A DNA stretch of 64,000 bases from Camelus dromedarius (lineage: Eukaryota): contig NC_087437.1 in NCBI RefSeq assembly GCF_036321535.1, positions 45,882,001 to 45,946,000 of the forward strand. The letters run 5' to 3'. The notes beneath the pieces were generated by a model. That model worked only from the letters and a program-made list of their open reading frames with translations, was not told the origin of the DNA and searched no databases. How positions within the stretch are numbered: position 1 is the stretch's first letter; every line of letters starts with the position of its first letter. The position numbers and the translations under genes are program-made. This document shows positions 26,011 through 40,211 of the stretch, piece after piece.

Positions 26011-29000
26011 TTATATCTCACATTTAACAGAATGATAAAGGTAACACACCTATGACAATTCTGGCTCAGGACATCTTGTCTAGATGTCACTGTGGCACCT
26101 TAGATGAGGATATCTCTGGAGGATATCTTGCTCAATTTTATCCTGACCCACAGTATATGCTTGGCACTCATAGTAGGTACTCAATAGTTAATTTTGAAAG
26201 TCTGCTGTCTGAATGAAAACAAAAAACAAAACAGCCAATCCCACCCATTATACACTTGTAAGAAATTAAATCATAATCTGACCAATCACGGATATCTATT
26301 TGTCAGGGGAACAATTAGTCACTACTTGATTAAGAGGATTTCCCACGAGATAGGTTAGGTAGAATCCAAGTAAAATAGGTTGATGAAGAAAACAGAATAA
26401 GTGTTCTTTTCCTCAGACATATCATTCAGTCCAACATTCAAATAATGATGTCACCGAAGTACCTAAGCTGTAAAGATTTTCAACAATGCCTGGTTCTGAT
26501 AGACAAAGGCCACCAATGTCCCAACTTAAAGCAGTGATCAGTAGTGCTTCAACATCACCTAATATATTCCAGGGCAAAGAAAAATACAAGTCAAAATGAT
26601 ATAAAATACTCTCTATATAAAAATTCCTATAATAGATACATATTGGTGGTACATTTTTTAAAGTCATAAAAAAAATTTTAAATATGCAGAGCAGGGACGT
26701 TCTACCTGTTTAAATTGCTATGAATGGGTTTATTACATTGATCATAATACCACATTAGTTTCTGTAATCACAAGCAAAAATTTTTTTAAGTGAACAGGAT
26801 AAATTTTTCCAATTTTGAAAGTGAATTCTAGCTCTAAGCCCTACTTCAGCTAACTTCCATTCCAGGAGACAAAGAACATTACTGCTTCCCTTTACACCAA
26901 GTATATCTCTAGGATGGACAAAGCACTGCTATGAGGTGGGAACAGACAGATGTGAAATACAGATGTCCCAAGCCTGGTAGAATTCAGTCTTTCAATGAAG
27001 AGAAATATACAAACAAATGTGTCCTTAAAAAAAAAAAAAAAGTAAAGTTAACACAATCGTGCATTAAAAGGTTCATTCATTCAGAGTTGCAATAAAACTA
27101 TACAGACTCTAGAAAGACCTGAGTTTATCCACTTTCAAAGACAATTCTAGAATATGGTTTGGTATGGAATTGGTCCATTTAAATTCTAAGACCAAACAGG
27201 ACACCTTAAAAGAACAGCCGGTTAGACAACACTAAAAAGAAAAGTTAAAGACATTCCGTGCTTGAAAACCTCAGTTTTCACTTTCAAAACATCTTAAAAG
27301 CCTGTGTGCCGAAGAACAAAACTGGAGAAGATGCCACCACTTCATTAATGGGCTCACTATAGCTTTGTATAACTGGTCTATTTTGATTTGTTTGTTTATA
27401 CATCTATAATGTGAAGTAGTCTTTGCCTGCCCCAGGTGAAGACAAGATACTCAGATATTACTGATTTTTAAAGGGCCCACAAAAGCCTTACCACTGTACC
27501 TCCTCTGAAAGACTGTGGTATTTTTCAGAACGTCTTTAAACAAGGTCACAAAAGAGCAGTGAGACACTCATCCAATCTTTACCATATACCATCCAGGTGC
27601 CAGGTCTGGCAGAGGTTACCACTAGTAAAGTCCTGCCCTCAAAGAGCTGATGGACTATTTAAGTAAACAAGTTTTCTAAACTAAACTAACACCTCCTCAA
27701 ATCACAGGATACTTCCTTGCACATTTTGCCTGATCATACTTGTTCATCCTGAAATAGTAAATGACTGAGTTCTTCAAAAAAAACATTAAGTATCTTTGTA
27801 TTTTCTTTCCCTAACTCTCAGAAATAGCTTGTAAAGTCGTAAAAGCTTTTACTCATAACTCCCATGAGTTACAGATAATTACTTGAGACCCACAGCTATA
27901 CTAAAGTAGCCAGAAGTAAAAACAAAAATTAGTCTTAACTAATAACTGTTTATATTTAAAAGGACACCTGATATTTTAAATGTTGCATATGCAATACTTT
28001 ACTTCAAGACTGTACAGACAATAATCTAGCAAATACTACAAAAACCGGACTGCTGAGGCAATTCAGCTATGATTCATTCAACCGAATCTGTATAGCATTT
28101 TCAGCGTTAACTCACTGGATAATAACTGCTCCAAGTACTTAACCATCTCCTAGTCTGTTCTTCTAACCATCTAGTACTAGATTTCTGCCTTTGGCCTCAA
28201 ATAGGAGAAATATCATATTCTTTTCTAATCCCATTCCTGGAGCAAACCAGGGTCCAATTATGATTCCAAATCACATTATTTTAAATTTACAAGACTGAAA
28301 AAACAGTAAAAAGTTATGGATAGAAAGAAAAACAAAACAGTAAAGATTTTCTTAAATCTCCAGCTTGCAACACACTATTCAGGTCTGAAAACCCTTTGCA
28401 TTATCTGAAATCAAATGCAGAATCAATATTTCTTTATCTTACAAAAATAATTTAGTCCAAAATGTATAGTGACAGCATATTATCCCATTACAGATATATT
28501 AGTTTCCTTTTTGTTCTGCCCAACATTTAGATTATTCTAAATTTTCATTATTTTAAGATTGACAAAAGGATATTTATGCTTAAAGCTATTTTTTTCTTCC
28601 ATTTCTTTTTGGTAGGAGTGCATTTATAAATATTCCTCAAGATCAGGAGAAGTCCCTACAGGTAAATTACTGGACCAAAGGGAACAGATAAATAGCTATT
28701 TTGATTCTTAAAGAATGTCAACAAATTAGGTCCCTCAAAAGATCAAACCAATTTAGGATCCCTCCAGCTGAAAAATTTCTTAAATGTTCAACTTAACTAA
28801 TAATAAACAACAAAAAACCATTTTGGTCATATCATTAGCGAACACTTAGAAATAATATTCAGTATTATCAAGACTGTCAAAAAACAGAAAACATATCTGT
28901 ACACATAGTATCTACAAATACCAGCCACAGCCATTTGTTTAATAGTTGAGAAAAAGGCAACAATATTAAAAGCTGCTAAACAAATTTTGATGTTAAACAA

Positions 29001-31433
29001 CTGTTTTTTTAATATTGATAAATTACTGTCAAACAATGTAACCTTGGACATTTGGGTTACCTTTCCAAATAAACATCAATGACCCACAGGGGCCCAAGGT
29101 GATTGATATGTTTGTTAGGAGTCCATCTAACAGAAAAGATGACTCAGGCTTCTCTGAATTCAGCAACTGAGAACATGGAATGACTAACAAGCAAGAGGAA
29201 GAAAACTGTGTCTTGCCTCTTGTAGCATCCACTGCCACTGTCTAACGAAAAGATACTACAACTGCCTTCCATTTGAAGACCAAGGTTCCATTCTCAGCCC
29301 TGTCATTTAAATGGGACGGACCTCCTGGTGCAAAGGAAGGTACTTACTTGCTTAGGCCAATCAGCATATCATATCTTCTATTTACGACTGACATTCCTCC
29401 TCCACATACACACACCATCCCCCATCTGCCTCAACTCAATCACTCCCAGTAAGTGAAATACTAGAAGACAAGAGCTGGTTTCTATGAAAGTCAGCCGCCT
29501 CCTTTCAGAGAGCAGTGGGCAGACAAGAACACTATGTGAAGCTTGGGGTGAAACGTGCATCACTGAGGTTAGAACAGAGGCAGGGAGACAGGAGAAATTG
29601 CGTTCCTGATGACATCAAACATCTATTGAGCAACTCGATGAAACACTATCTGAAGCTAACTTATCACTGCAGTTTGGTTAAAGAAGTCAAAAATTAATTT
29701 TATTCTCTAACCCAGTTAAGATTTGTCAGTTGCAACCAAAAGAGGGTAGACAAATAGAAGGAATGACCCAAGAAATGTTTCAAAATGAGAAAATAACTAA
29801 AGTTAGTGAAAGACTATATTTGGCAAAATAACAAAGTGGGGGTGGGAGGAATCCAAAAATTCCCCAATTGTTTCCAGACTATCAAGTGGAAAGAATTAGC
29901 CATAGAAATGGGCTACCTAGAGAGCATAGCCCTCTGTGGGTTATACTTTATGTATGTTAAACGAGAGGTAAACAGAAGAATCCCAGCAGAAGTGCTCAGG
30001 GGAGTTATAATATTATAATTCGCCGCTCATGGAAAGTGGTTCCTCTGGTTTTGCTCCCCTTTTACACGGAGGCCAAATTTCCAGTTACTTATTTCATTTG
30101 CGGGTGATAAATCAATTCAAACAAATGCTGATTAGATGTATCTGTGCAGGTGGGTTAGTGATGAGTGAAAAGCAAGCACTATGATGGTCATGCAGTTAAA
30201 AAAGCCTATGGGGGAAAATACACTAGGGCACTATTTTCCCGATAGATTTATTTTTATTCACTCAGTCAAAACTGGATGAAGACTTCCAATGTGTTAAGGT
30301 ACTATGACTTTTTTTTCCCTTGGAGCAAGTACCCAACTTTATTTCTGCCTTCTCCCAAAACATCTGAGGTGCCTGGCCCCACGGGTGTGGAGGCATGGCT
30401 AAACAACAGAGACCAGGGCCAGATCTTGTGACTCTACAAGTTGCTGGGAATAAAGAGAACAATTAATTTCAACTTAGATTAGAAAAAACACAGAAAATTA
30501 TGAGCGCATACACACTGAGGCTGGGTGGGGGTTCAGATAGGCAAAGGATGCAAAAAGTAGGCTGACAGGTTTCTGTAACAGGCACAGTGTTGAAGGAACT
30601 AATTAATCTTTTAATTTAAAATGTCTGAAGTGTATCAATATGCCTTTGCTCCTACCTGTGTACACACTACTTCTCATTAATTTGAAAGTTGAGGAAAATG
30701 CAATGGAAGATTGTTCGAGTTTACTGAGTAACTGTGACATGCTATATACAGGACTAGGCCGTATACACATTACGTAATTTCCTCTTCAGAATTATCTTCC
30801 TCATTTTAAAGCAAGAGCACTGCCATATGAGAACTGCACCTCCATATACAGATCTCTGTATTCAGAAATGTTATTCAAATACTAAACTGATTTTTCTTGG
30901 AGCAGGAAAAAACAGTATGGAATGTATAATGTAAAAGAATGTAGTAACTACAAAGGACCAAAATTCTTAGCACTAACAGGTCCTAGTAAGTTGCTAATTC
31001 CAAGCCATGACACATGTTGCCAAGACCCACGTACAGTACAGGCTATCATCACACAGCTTACACGAACAAGGATGTGAATGGCAGTCCTGAATGGTCAGCC
31101 AGCCTCTGCAGTCACAAGCAGACCACTGTAACACCCTGCTAAATAAAAGATTCTAAACACACCCAGAATCACATATCAAAATTGGTTGGGTTTATGTTCT
31201 CAATTCACCTCTGAAGTAAAGTAACGGTTAATTAGCTGCCATGCTACCCCACTGGGTGACCATATGAACATGTCAAAAATTGTCTTGTTAAAACCAAGAC
31301 ACACTGCAAAAATGCCAAACTACGACAACAACAACTAACAACGAAACAAAGTGTGTGGAGGAGGAATGAAATAAGAGTGAGGAGAGAAATTAAGTCAATC
31401 TGTGCATTAACAAAGTCATGGTGATTCTTACCA

Positions 31434-31843
31434 TCTTATGGGCTGAACTGTATCCCTCTACAATTTCTATGTTGAAACCCCAACCTCCAGTATCTTAGAA
31501 TGTGGGTTTATTGGGGGGGGGGGGTCTTTAAAAAGGTGACTAAGTTAAAATGAGGCCATCAGGGTGAACCTTTAATAATCTATACATAACCGAAGGTGAC
31601 TGACTGGTATCCTTTCAGGAGGAGGAAAAGACACCAGGACTGCATGTGCACAGAGGCAAACAACCACGTGAGGACACAAGAAGCCAACCATCTCCAAGTC
31701 AAAAAGAGGCCTCAGGAGAAACCAAACCTGCCAGCACCTTGATCTTGGACTGCCAACTTCCAGAACTATGAGAAATAAGTTTCTGTTGTTTAAGCCACCC
31801 AGTCTGTAGGACTTTTTTACAGCAGCTCTACTGAACTGATACA
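31434..31843 (+). mobile_element. MaLR solo LTR (MLT1A/B-like)
   Basis: 'ttatgggctgaactgtatccc...aagaggcctcaggagaaaccaaacctgccagcaccttgatcttggact...gtttaagccacccagtctg...ctgataca'. Degenerate 5-bp TSD tacca / taccc. Confidence 0.85.
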
Positions 31844-33065
31844 TACCCATCATCACAAATTCTGAAAAACTAATCATTCACTGCAGACCTCTAAAATTAT
31901 GGATGTTAAGTTCATGACTGCTGGGATCTGCCTTTTTGAAAATGTGCCTCTCTCTATCTCTAGGAGCTTATCCTGTCCTGTAACTGTCAGAGATGATTAG
32001 ATTAACAGGATACGTCAACACTTCATCCTTTGCCTCCCCGTAAGTCCCCTTCTCCTCCTCACCTCCATGCAACACTCTCAGGAGCAGCAACAAAAGATGC
32101 ACTATCCCTGATTTCCCACCTCATTAAAAATAGTAATTAAAATCCTACTAATGTTAGGTAGTAACACTTGTGTATATAAAATAAGGTACAAGGAAGGAAT
32201 GTGTATTTTAGGACTCAGCTTTGAAGTCTCTGGTAATAAAACTTAAAATGTACATAAAGTACATTCTCAACATTTTCAGTGCTAAATCTTAAAAGGTTTC
32301 ACAAAATTTTATTAGACTAAATGAAGTCACGTTTACAAAAACTACTTTTGTAAACTGTAAAGCACAACATTAGGATTCAGAAACAGATAATCTCAAGAAA
32401 CACTATGCTCTAAATGAAAGATGTATTTCCCCTTACTTTAATACACTAAGCAAACTTAACAAACAAAATAAAACCCATACAATAAAACTAAATTATTTGG
32501 CTGATTTCTTAAAGCACTTAATGTCAAACAACAGCATATATACTCTTTGTATACTAGCCCTGAACTACAACTATGGTTTATTTGCCAAACATGTTAAAGA
32601 TATGTTTTCACAGGTGTCTGTAATATTATGCAAAGTAGTGTATTTCCTTAAGCAAAAAACTACCACTCTTAACACTAGGATAAATGCTAAATTTAAACTA
32701 TATTTTTAAAGATCCAATCTCATGAGATAATTTTTATTCACACTATTAAAAAGGAGAAAATATTCTTTTAAAATAAATCATTAGTTCTATATCTCACTTT
32801 TAATATAAGTTTTTAAGAGTATCTTTAATAATTTGAATATAATGCCTCCGAGTAAAAAGTCTACAGCATTCCCCAGCCAAGAGAAGCAAATACATTTTGA
32901 GAACAAGCTGACAAGACAGTTTGTGAAGGGAAATCAGCAGGCACTGGCACTGATTTTCACCTTCCAATTTTGGCACATGAGCATCTTCCAGATAATTTTC
33001 CTAAGAATGTGCCTGACAGAATGTATATTTTATGTAGGGGCTAATTTCTTCTTCTTTTTTTAACA

Positions 33066-33353
33066 CAGGTATATATCATTTTATTGTACTTGGCTTTATT
33101 ATTATTATTATTATTTTTTACAAATTGAAGGTCTGTGTGAACCCTGCACTGTCAGATGATAGTTTGCATTTATTAGCAATAAAGTATTTTTTAATTAAGC
33201 CTTTTAAAAAAGATATAATGTATCATTGTACAGTTAATAGACTATAGTATTGTGTAAATGTAGCTTTTATATGCACTGGGAAACCAAAAAAATTGGTCTT
33301 ATTTTACTGTAGTGGTCTGGAGCCAAACCTGCAGCATCTCTGAAGTATGCTTG
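33066..33353. mobile_element. Tigger1-derived MITE (Tc1/mariner-pogo; short internal-deletion derivative)
   Basis: Degenerate TIRs caggtatatatc ... gaagtatgcttg followed by TA. Tigger1 terminal text 'ttttttacaaattgaaggt' and 'ttttatatgcactgggaaaccaaaaa'. Confidence 0.75.
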
Positions 33354-34389
33354 TAGCTGTAGGTAATTTTCATGCTGTTAGAATTTTTTTCTTTTGGTTA
33401 TTGCTTTCTTCTGTTATCAGATTAATGGTCACCAAAGTTGATGAATCTGAAGAATTTAAAGTATAACTTAGAAGGGATAAACTTCTAAATTTCTTTTCTG
33501 TTCCTTTCCTTTTCCATTGGAGTCCAGAGCTCTCATGTAAATTAAAGATAACATGACAGAGAAATAAGATTTCAGGTAGTCTATACGATTTTAGACAAAT
33601 GTGAAGTTCTGGGCTTCTGTTTCCTCATCTGCAAAATGAGGAAAGTGAAGCAGACAGTCTCTTTCACTTCTAAACTTTAATGATTTCAGTCAGTACAAGT
33701 ATAAAGAGTATCATACATGAATCACGCAAGCTAACCGAATGAGATCACGCAGTGATTTATGCTTACCGAAATTCATTAAAACATTTTAAATCCTGTCAGA
33801 TCTCAGATGAACATCTCCAACAATTAGGAAAAGGGTAAACAAATGAGTCTGACTCATTAAGAAATATTTAAGTACTTTTATTACACATGATGCTTATTTG
33901 GACCAGCTATCCTTTATAAACATTGATTTATATAGAGACATAGGTGAATGCTACACCATATCAATTTTTCATTAGAAATTGAGACTTCCCATGTTAATCA
34001 TTTGTTTCAACTATGATCTATACCAGGTGTTTACAAACTTTGGCCTGTGCGTAAATTCCAACTATAGACTTCAACTTCCCAAACATACAGAAGAGTGGCT
34101 GTTCACACAGATAAGTCTTCTAAAACCCTTTTAAATATAAAACTGTATGATTCAAGGATGGACTCAATAAATATATTAAATGATTAAATTACAGTCAAGG
34201 TATACTGACAGGAGAATGAAGAAGGACAAGAAATTAAAACACTGAGGAAACAGAAGATAGGCCACAGTTCCACCATGTCTTTTTCAACTATTGAACAGTA
34301 GTAATTAGTCTTTCCCAGTCTTGGAAGGAAAAGTCTGGAGAAAGTAAGGTATGAAAATAAAAACCAAGAAGCTAGGCCCTTTCCACTAG

Positions 34390-35818
34390 CAAGAAAAATT
34401 CAAAGTGAGGTCTGCAGACTCCTGGGGTCCCCAAGACTTTTTAAGGGGTCCTAAAGGTCAAAATTATTTTTATAGTATTATAAATTACTACTATTATATG
34501 CCTCTTCCACTGAATTGATACTTATACTGATGTTACAAAGCAACAGTGGATAAAACTGCTCGCACCTTAGTCTGAACCAAGGCACTAACACCATACTGTA
34601 TACTGTATTAGTAGTCATTATATCCTCCACTACTATGCACTCAGGAGAAAAGGAAAAAAAAAACAAAAACGCACAAAACTTCTTCACTTGAAGAGGTTCC
34701 CTGATGAAGCAAGAAAAATGCTTAATTTTATTAAAATCTTATCCCTAAAATACACCTTTCAATATCCTATGTAACAAAAAAAAAAGCTTGTTGCATACTC
34801 AAATGATGGCTGTCTCAAAGAAAAGCACTGCACAAATGTTTGAATTCTAAGTTGAACTAGCTATTTTTTTTCATAGAACACCGTTTATACTTCAAACAAC
34901 TGACAAAGTATGGTTTCTCAGATTGAGAATTTGGCAGACATTTTCTTGCAAATAAACAAAGTGAAACTGTCATTTTCAAGAAAACAACAAACAATATTTG
35001 TTGGCAAGAATAAAGCTTAAGCTTTTAAAAGATAATTAGGATTTGGAAAATTTATCAGCCTCCCTGAGCTTAAGAGCTTCCCAGTACTACTCTAAAATTC
35101 TGTGATGAGATCAGTGGAGATATAAATGATTCTGGTTTTTTATATTGTGTAATGAACACATGGAAGATCTGCACAATTCAGTGAACAAATATTTTTCCAA
35201 TGACCAGTACAAAATTATGCATGAGGAAACAATCCATTCAAAGTTCAAGAGAGACTCAAGGATCTTAATGTAACAGAATACAAAAGGTTCACTGATACTA
35301 TTTCAGATCTTGCACTGCAACTAATCCTGAAGAAACTATCCACTTGCTGAGATCTGGTGTAGTATCAAAGAAGAATACCCAGATTTATTTGAAAAATGAA
35401 TTTTTACTTTGATTTGAATAATTTACTACCATGTATCTCTGAAAGGCCAGATTTTTTTTCATATATTTTAAATGCAACAACATATCTCAACATGTGAATG
35501 GGAAAGGAGATGTGAGAACCCAGCTGTCTTCTATTAAGCCAGAAATTAGAAGAGCCTTTCAAACCATTTAAAACAATGCCACTCTTCACATGGAAAATTT
35601 TGTCTTAAAAAGTATTTTTCATAAAATATAATGTGTGTTAACATGTTATAAATGGGTTTGTTACTGTTATGTTAAAATGCATTAGTACTATAAAATTTTA
35701 CAGTTTTAATTTCTGATGCAGCATATATCAATAGCTATAACCCATGTAAACAAAAATTTTTCAAGTCATTAATAAAGAATGTAATGGGTTACTAAGACTA
35801 AAACTTGAGGCCTGCTAG
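34390..35818 (+). mobile_element. Charlie1-family hAT DNA transposon remnant
   Basis: 5' end 'caaagtgaggtctgcagactcctggggtccccaagac...aggtcaaaattattttt'. Decayed Buster/Charlie transposase motifs WLSxxK (~34807) and LADIF (~34932). 3' end 'atagctataacccatgtaaacaaaa'. Confidence 0.8.
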
Positions 35819-37517
35819 TATACAAGCTGATTCCCTCTTGGCAGTATTGGTGCTAGTCTTTTCGGAAAAATTCAAGAGTTTCTCTAGGGAAACAGATCTC
35901 TTAAGCCACAATACTGTTCATACTGTCATCTGATCTATAGCTTCAGTTTGATTTCTGTTATCTTCATGTAGGAATACACATTAGGTATCCAGTAAACTTA
36001 TACCTAATAAACAAAAAAGGTGCTTAAAGCTAGAAACAGTTTCATGTAAAAGTTCTAGTTTTGATAAAACTTACTAAATCTACTAACTAAAACATGGAGG
36101 ACTAAAAATTACTGATTTTCTGAGACTATACCTCTGTAAATGGACTTGCATCCAGATACACCACTTGATTCAGTAAATTTACTGAAATTTAGTTTCTCTG
36201 TTCTTCATTCAACAAATACTTAGTGAATGCTAATGTAAGCCTGGCACTGTTCTAGGCCCTGCATGCTGTAATAATATAGAAATCCATTAATACAAAGAAT
36301 GATACTGTGCGGAACAGGCCTCACAGCCAAATTTTGGGTTACATCCTATTTCTTACCGAATCCCTACCATAAAAAGCTGTAAGAAGGGTGTGGAGGCTGT
36401 GGTAAAGGAGCACCGCCACAACACATTTCCTCCTCTAACAGTGTGGATTCGTACTGTGCTGCATGTCTGCCCAGCCTCATCACTTACTTGTGTTAAGTGG
36501 TAGGTTCGAAAGGGCTGCAATCTCTTCCCCACCAACTGAACCATGAAGCTGTCAGTCTTGCAGTCTTTATTTCCTAAAGAGAAATATTCAAGGCTGCAAG
36601 CAATGGCAGCCTTCTTCACCACATATATGGAAACAAGTAACACAGAGCCCTGGCACTACTGAACTGATTCAATCTTATGCCCGATCTGTTAGCTACATGA
36701 GAAGTAAGAGGTAGCTAGCTGAGCAACAGAAGTGAAATTCTGTATAGAGAGATTTCCAGGATATACCTGGTACAAATTCCATACCCGCTGCACTCTGAGG
36801 ACACAAAAGAACGAACAGAGATTTAGGGAGTGGAGATCTAGAGAATAAAGACACATCATTTGTGTTTAATAACTGCAAGTAATCCACACTCGTTTGCTCC
36901 TCCTAACCACATGAATCATTGCTGTGGATACATTAGAAGAACTCAAGTACAAGATGACTGGGCTTTCCTTCTTCCTGAAACTGTATATGAGCCATCACCG
37001 TGCTTCTGCCAGGGAGAGGAACCTAGGTCGAGGCAGAATTGCTGAGTAAACACGGCTACTACCCCCAGGCTCTTCCATCATCCCTTTCCCCAGACTAGTC
37101 TCCTTACTGAGCACTCCAATACTTAGCACTAGTCTACCAATGAAGCTTTCTGCCTTGACAACCTTCTCCTCCCTCCTCTCAGCCTCACCTGACACCCTAC
37201 AATCTAAAACCAACTGAGCCTGCTGCGCTCCTCAAGCAGTACTTGTACCCTAGGTTTTCTACACTACGTTTCCCACCCTCCATTGCCAAGAAATACATTT
37301 CATCCCTCAGAGCCAGGCAGATGAGAAGCTTAACAATCTGACATAAAGAAATGTTAAAGAGTAACAACGCCTTAATGCTCTGCTTTCCAAAGAAATTACA
37401 ACAAATGCGTAAGGAAATATGTTACCTTAACTCATTGTTTCTTAAATTTGAGTAATATCAAGTATCTTCTATAAGAAAAATCTTGGTCCCAAGAGTTATC
37501 TGTTTTATTGTATTATG

Positions 37518-37542
37518 TTACATATATATATATATACATATA
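37518..37542. repeat. (TA)n microsatellite
   Basis: tacatatatatatatatacatata read directly. Confidence 0.8.
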
Positions 37543-38388
37543 AAGTAGGCATAGTCTTTATCTGACAGCATTTCTGCTATAAAATGAGAAACAAAAAACA
37601 AAAGCAAAACAAACAAAAAAACCCTATCAATACCAAGGTACCTAATATAAAATGTCAACTACAGGATTAAAATAAACAGAAACAGTCTTCCTTTGTTACA
37701 GAGTGGCCACTCAGATGGTCTAAAATGTTAGACTATCACATGGACAGAAAAACCTTCACAATTTAAAATTTCTTGTGGCGAAATTACTAACCCAGAATAT
37801 ACCCAGAGATTTTCTATGTCACTCACTTTGTGATCTAACGCATGAAAAAAAAAGTGATACAAAGTGGAATACCTGAAGACAAACAAATATTTGAAAAGGC
37901 AGGTGTTTTCATATCCTTCAGTTTAGCATTCCTAATACAGTCTTGCAGGAAATGGTCAATAATGATCTGAACAATTACACTACTTGTACACTACATAAAA
38001 TGCAAGTCTATTTCAGCACAGATATAGGTCAGGTTTTCATTTACTTGCAACTTGTGTAACACCAACATAATTTAATCTTCAAAAGCAGATACACGTAGTT
38101 AGCTTAGGAATTTTTAAAATATTATATGGCATTTTAATACAAATAGGCATCTTAGAACAACTTTATAAATAATTCATTATACATTAGGATGAATATAATC
38201 ACATGTCTACCCAGGCTGGCAAGAACAGAATAAAATAAAGCACTTAAAAAAATAATAATAATGATAGGCCAAGGCACAAATGAATATTGGGGGGGGGGGA
38301 CTGTATTACCTAGAGGACAATAAATGGGCATAAAACTGTATTTGTAGGGGGAGGTGGGAGAGTACCTGACTAAGCTAGAAGGTTTAGG

Positions 38389-38566
38389 CCTGTGGTTCTT
38401 CAAAACTTGCTGCACATTAAGTCACCTGGGGTATGTTTAAAAAACCTGCTGTCCATGTTGCACCCCATACTAATTAAACTAGACTGTAGAGGTGGAAGCT
38501 GGACGGCAGCATTTTTAAAAGATTTCTAGGTGAATACAATGCAGAGCAAAGTTTGGGAAGCCTTTG
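38389..38566. mobile_element. MER5A-like hAT MITE
   Basis: 'gtggttcttcaaaacttgctgcacattaagtcacctgggg ... aggtgaatacaatgcagagcaaagtttgggaa'. Confidence 0.75.
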
Positions 38567-38669
38567 TTTACCCAACTGAAGGCATTCTGATAATCTGTGC
38601 AAAAGGGGAAGACTGAGAAGAAGCAGATCTTCAGATCACCTACAAAGTATTCAAAATCCATGTGCCCTT

Positions 38670-39148
38670 TCTGTGTTTCCTAGGGCGGCCGAAACAAAGT
38701 GCCACAAACACGGGCTTAAAACAACATAAATTTATTTGTGGAGGCTAGCAGTTTGCAATCAGGTCGTTGGCAGGGCCATGCACTCTCCAGTGAATGCCTC
38801 TAGAGGAAGATCCTTCCTTGCCTGCTCCAGCTCTGGGTAATAGCAGCATAACTCCAATCTCTGCCTCCATCTTCATACGGCCATCTTCTCACTGTGTCTG
38901 TCTTCAAACACCATTCTCCTCCAGGTTGTCAAATGCCATTCTCCATAACAGAAGACAGCAGTATGACATCTGTGTTCAAATTTCCCTCTTTTTCAATGAC
39001 ATCAGTCACAGTGGAAAAAGGAACCACACTAATGACTTCATCATAATTACATCTGCAAAGACCTTACTTCCAAATAAGGTCACATTCACAAGTACCAGGG
39101 GTTACAACTTCAACATATCTTTCAGGGGATGTAATTCAACCTGTAGCA
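38670..39148 (-). mobile_element. MaLR solo LTR (MLT1C/D-like)
   Basis: 'gggcttaaaacaacataaatttatt', 'acatctgcaaagaccttacttccaaataaggtcacattcacaagtaccagggg'. Confidence 0.8.
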
Positions 39149-39534
39149 GTTAGCTTTCAAAACTCACCTATAAATCAACTAAAAAATGGGGTGATATGTG
39201 GTTTAATGTAGGACTCCAGCTTAGAGAGAACTCAAATGTCACACTTTTTCAGAGCTTAAAAGGACAAGAGATTTGAAAGTACTTTAAACAGAGCATCCAT
39301 CCTCTTGCATCTCCTCAGCAGCTAGACCACTCCATTATTAAACAATAAAGGTTAAAAAAATAAACTAGATTCAAGCTAGTTTCTTCTTGCCTTGGCTGCC
39401 AAACTTCTTTTTCAAGGCACTCCTTCAGCGAAGTCCAAAATTCTTTAGCCTGACAATGAAGTTCCTTCCAAATTATAGCTCATATCCCTTCCCACACCTT
39501 TACAATCAAGCCAAATTGGGCAGCACTGTCAAAC

Positions 39535-39962
39535 TGTGTCCCTATATTAGTTTCCTAGGGCTGCCAAAACAAAGCACCACAAACAACGTGGCTCACAGCA
39601 GACTCACTGCCTTACAGTTTTGGTAGTCAGGAGTCCAAACATCAAGATACTGGCAAGGCGAAGCTCCTTCTGAAGGTACTAAGGAAGGATCTCGCCTAGC
39701 CTCCTTGGCTCCTGGGTGCGTTCTCTGCCGCCTTGCCACGTCTCCCTGCGGCTCTTCACGCTGTTTTCCCTCTGTGCTGTGTCCAAATTTCCTATTTTTA
39801 TAAGGATACCAGTCATACTGGATTAGGGCCTATTCTAATAACCTGATTTTAACATAGCTATGTCTGTAAAGACCCTATTTCCAAATAAAGTTATACACAG
39901 TCTGAGGTACTGGGGGTTTGGACGCCAACTTATTTCGGAGGACACTATTCAGCCCCTAACAG
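39535..39962 (-). mobile_element. MaLR solo LTR (MLT1B/C-like)
   Basis: 'tattagtttcctagggctgcc', 'ttataaggataccagtcatactggattagggcc', 'aagaccctatttccaaataa'. Confidence 0.8.
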
Positions 39963-40211
39963 TGATTCAGCCTGGGGTTAGTAAGCATGGATGCCATCAC
40001 TTCACCCTTCCAAAAGTGCAGAAGGCAGCTGCAGACTATGGTTAAAAAAGCTTTTTTCCCTGACCTTCACTTCTCTTTCTAGCTTGGCTATCAGGTAATC
40101 CCCTTAAAACAAAATTCAAAACAACACTAATTACTGTTAACTGTGACGGTATCAAGAGGAAGGGAACAATTGATTTAAATGACTTTATGTCTCTAATGTA
40201 TCACTGTTCAG

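Noticed and set aside
34700..35560. Intact or domesticated hAT transposase gene
   Set aside because: Only decayed motifs remain, and there is no plus-strand ORF of 60 aa or more in the track.
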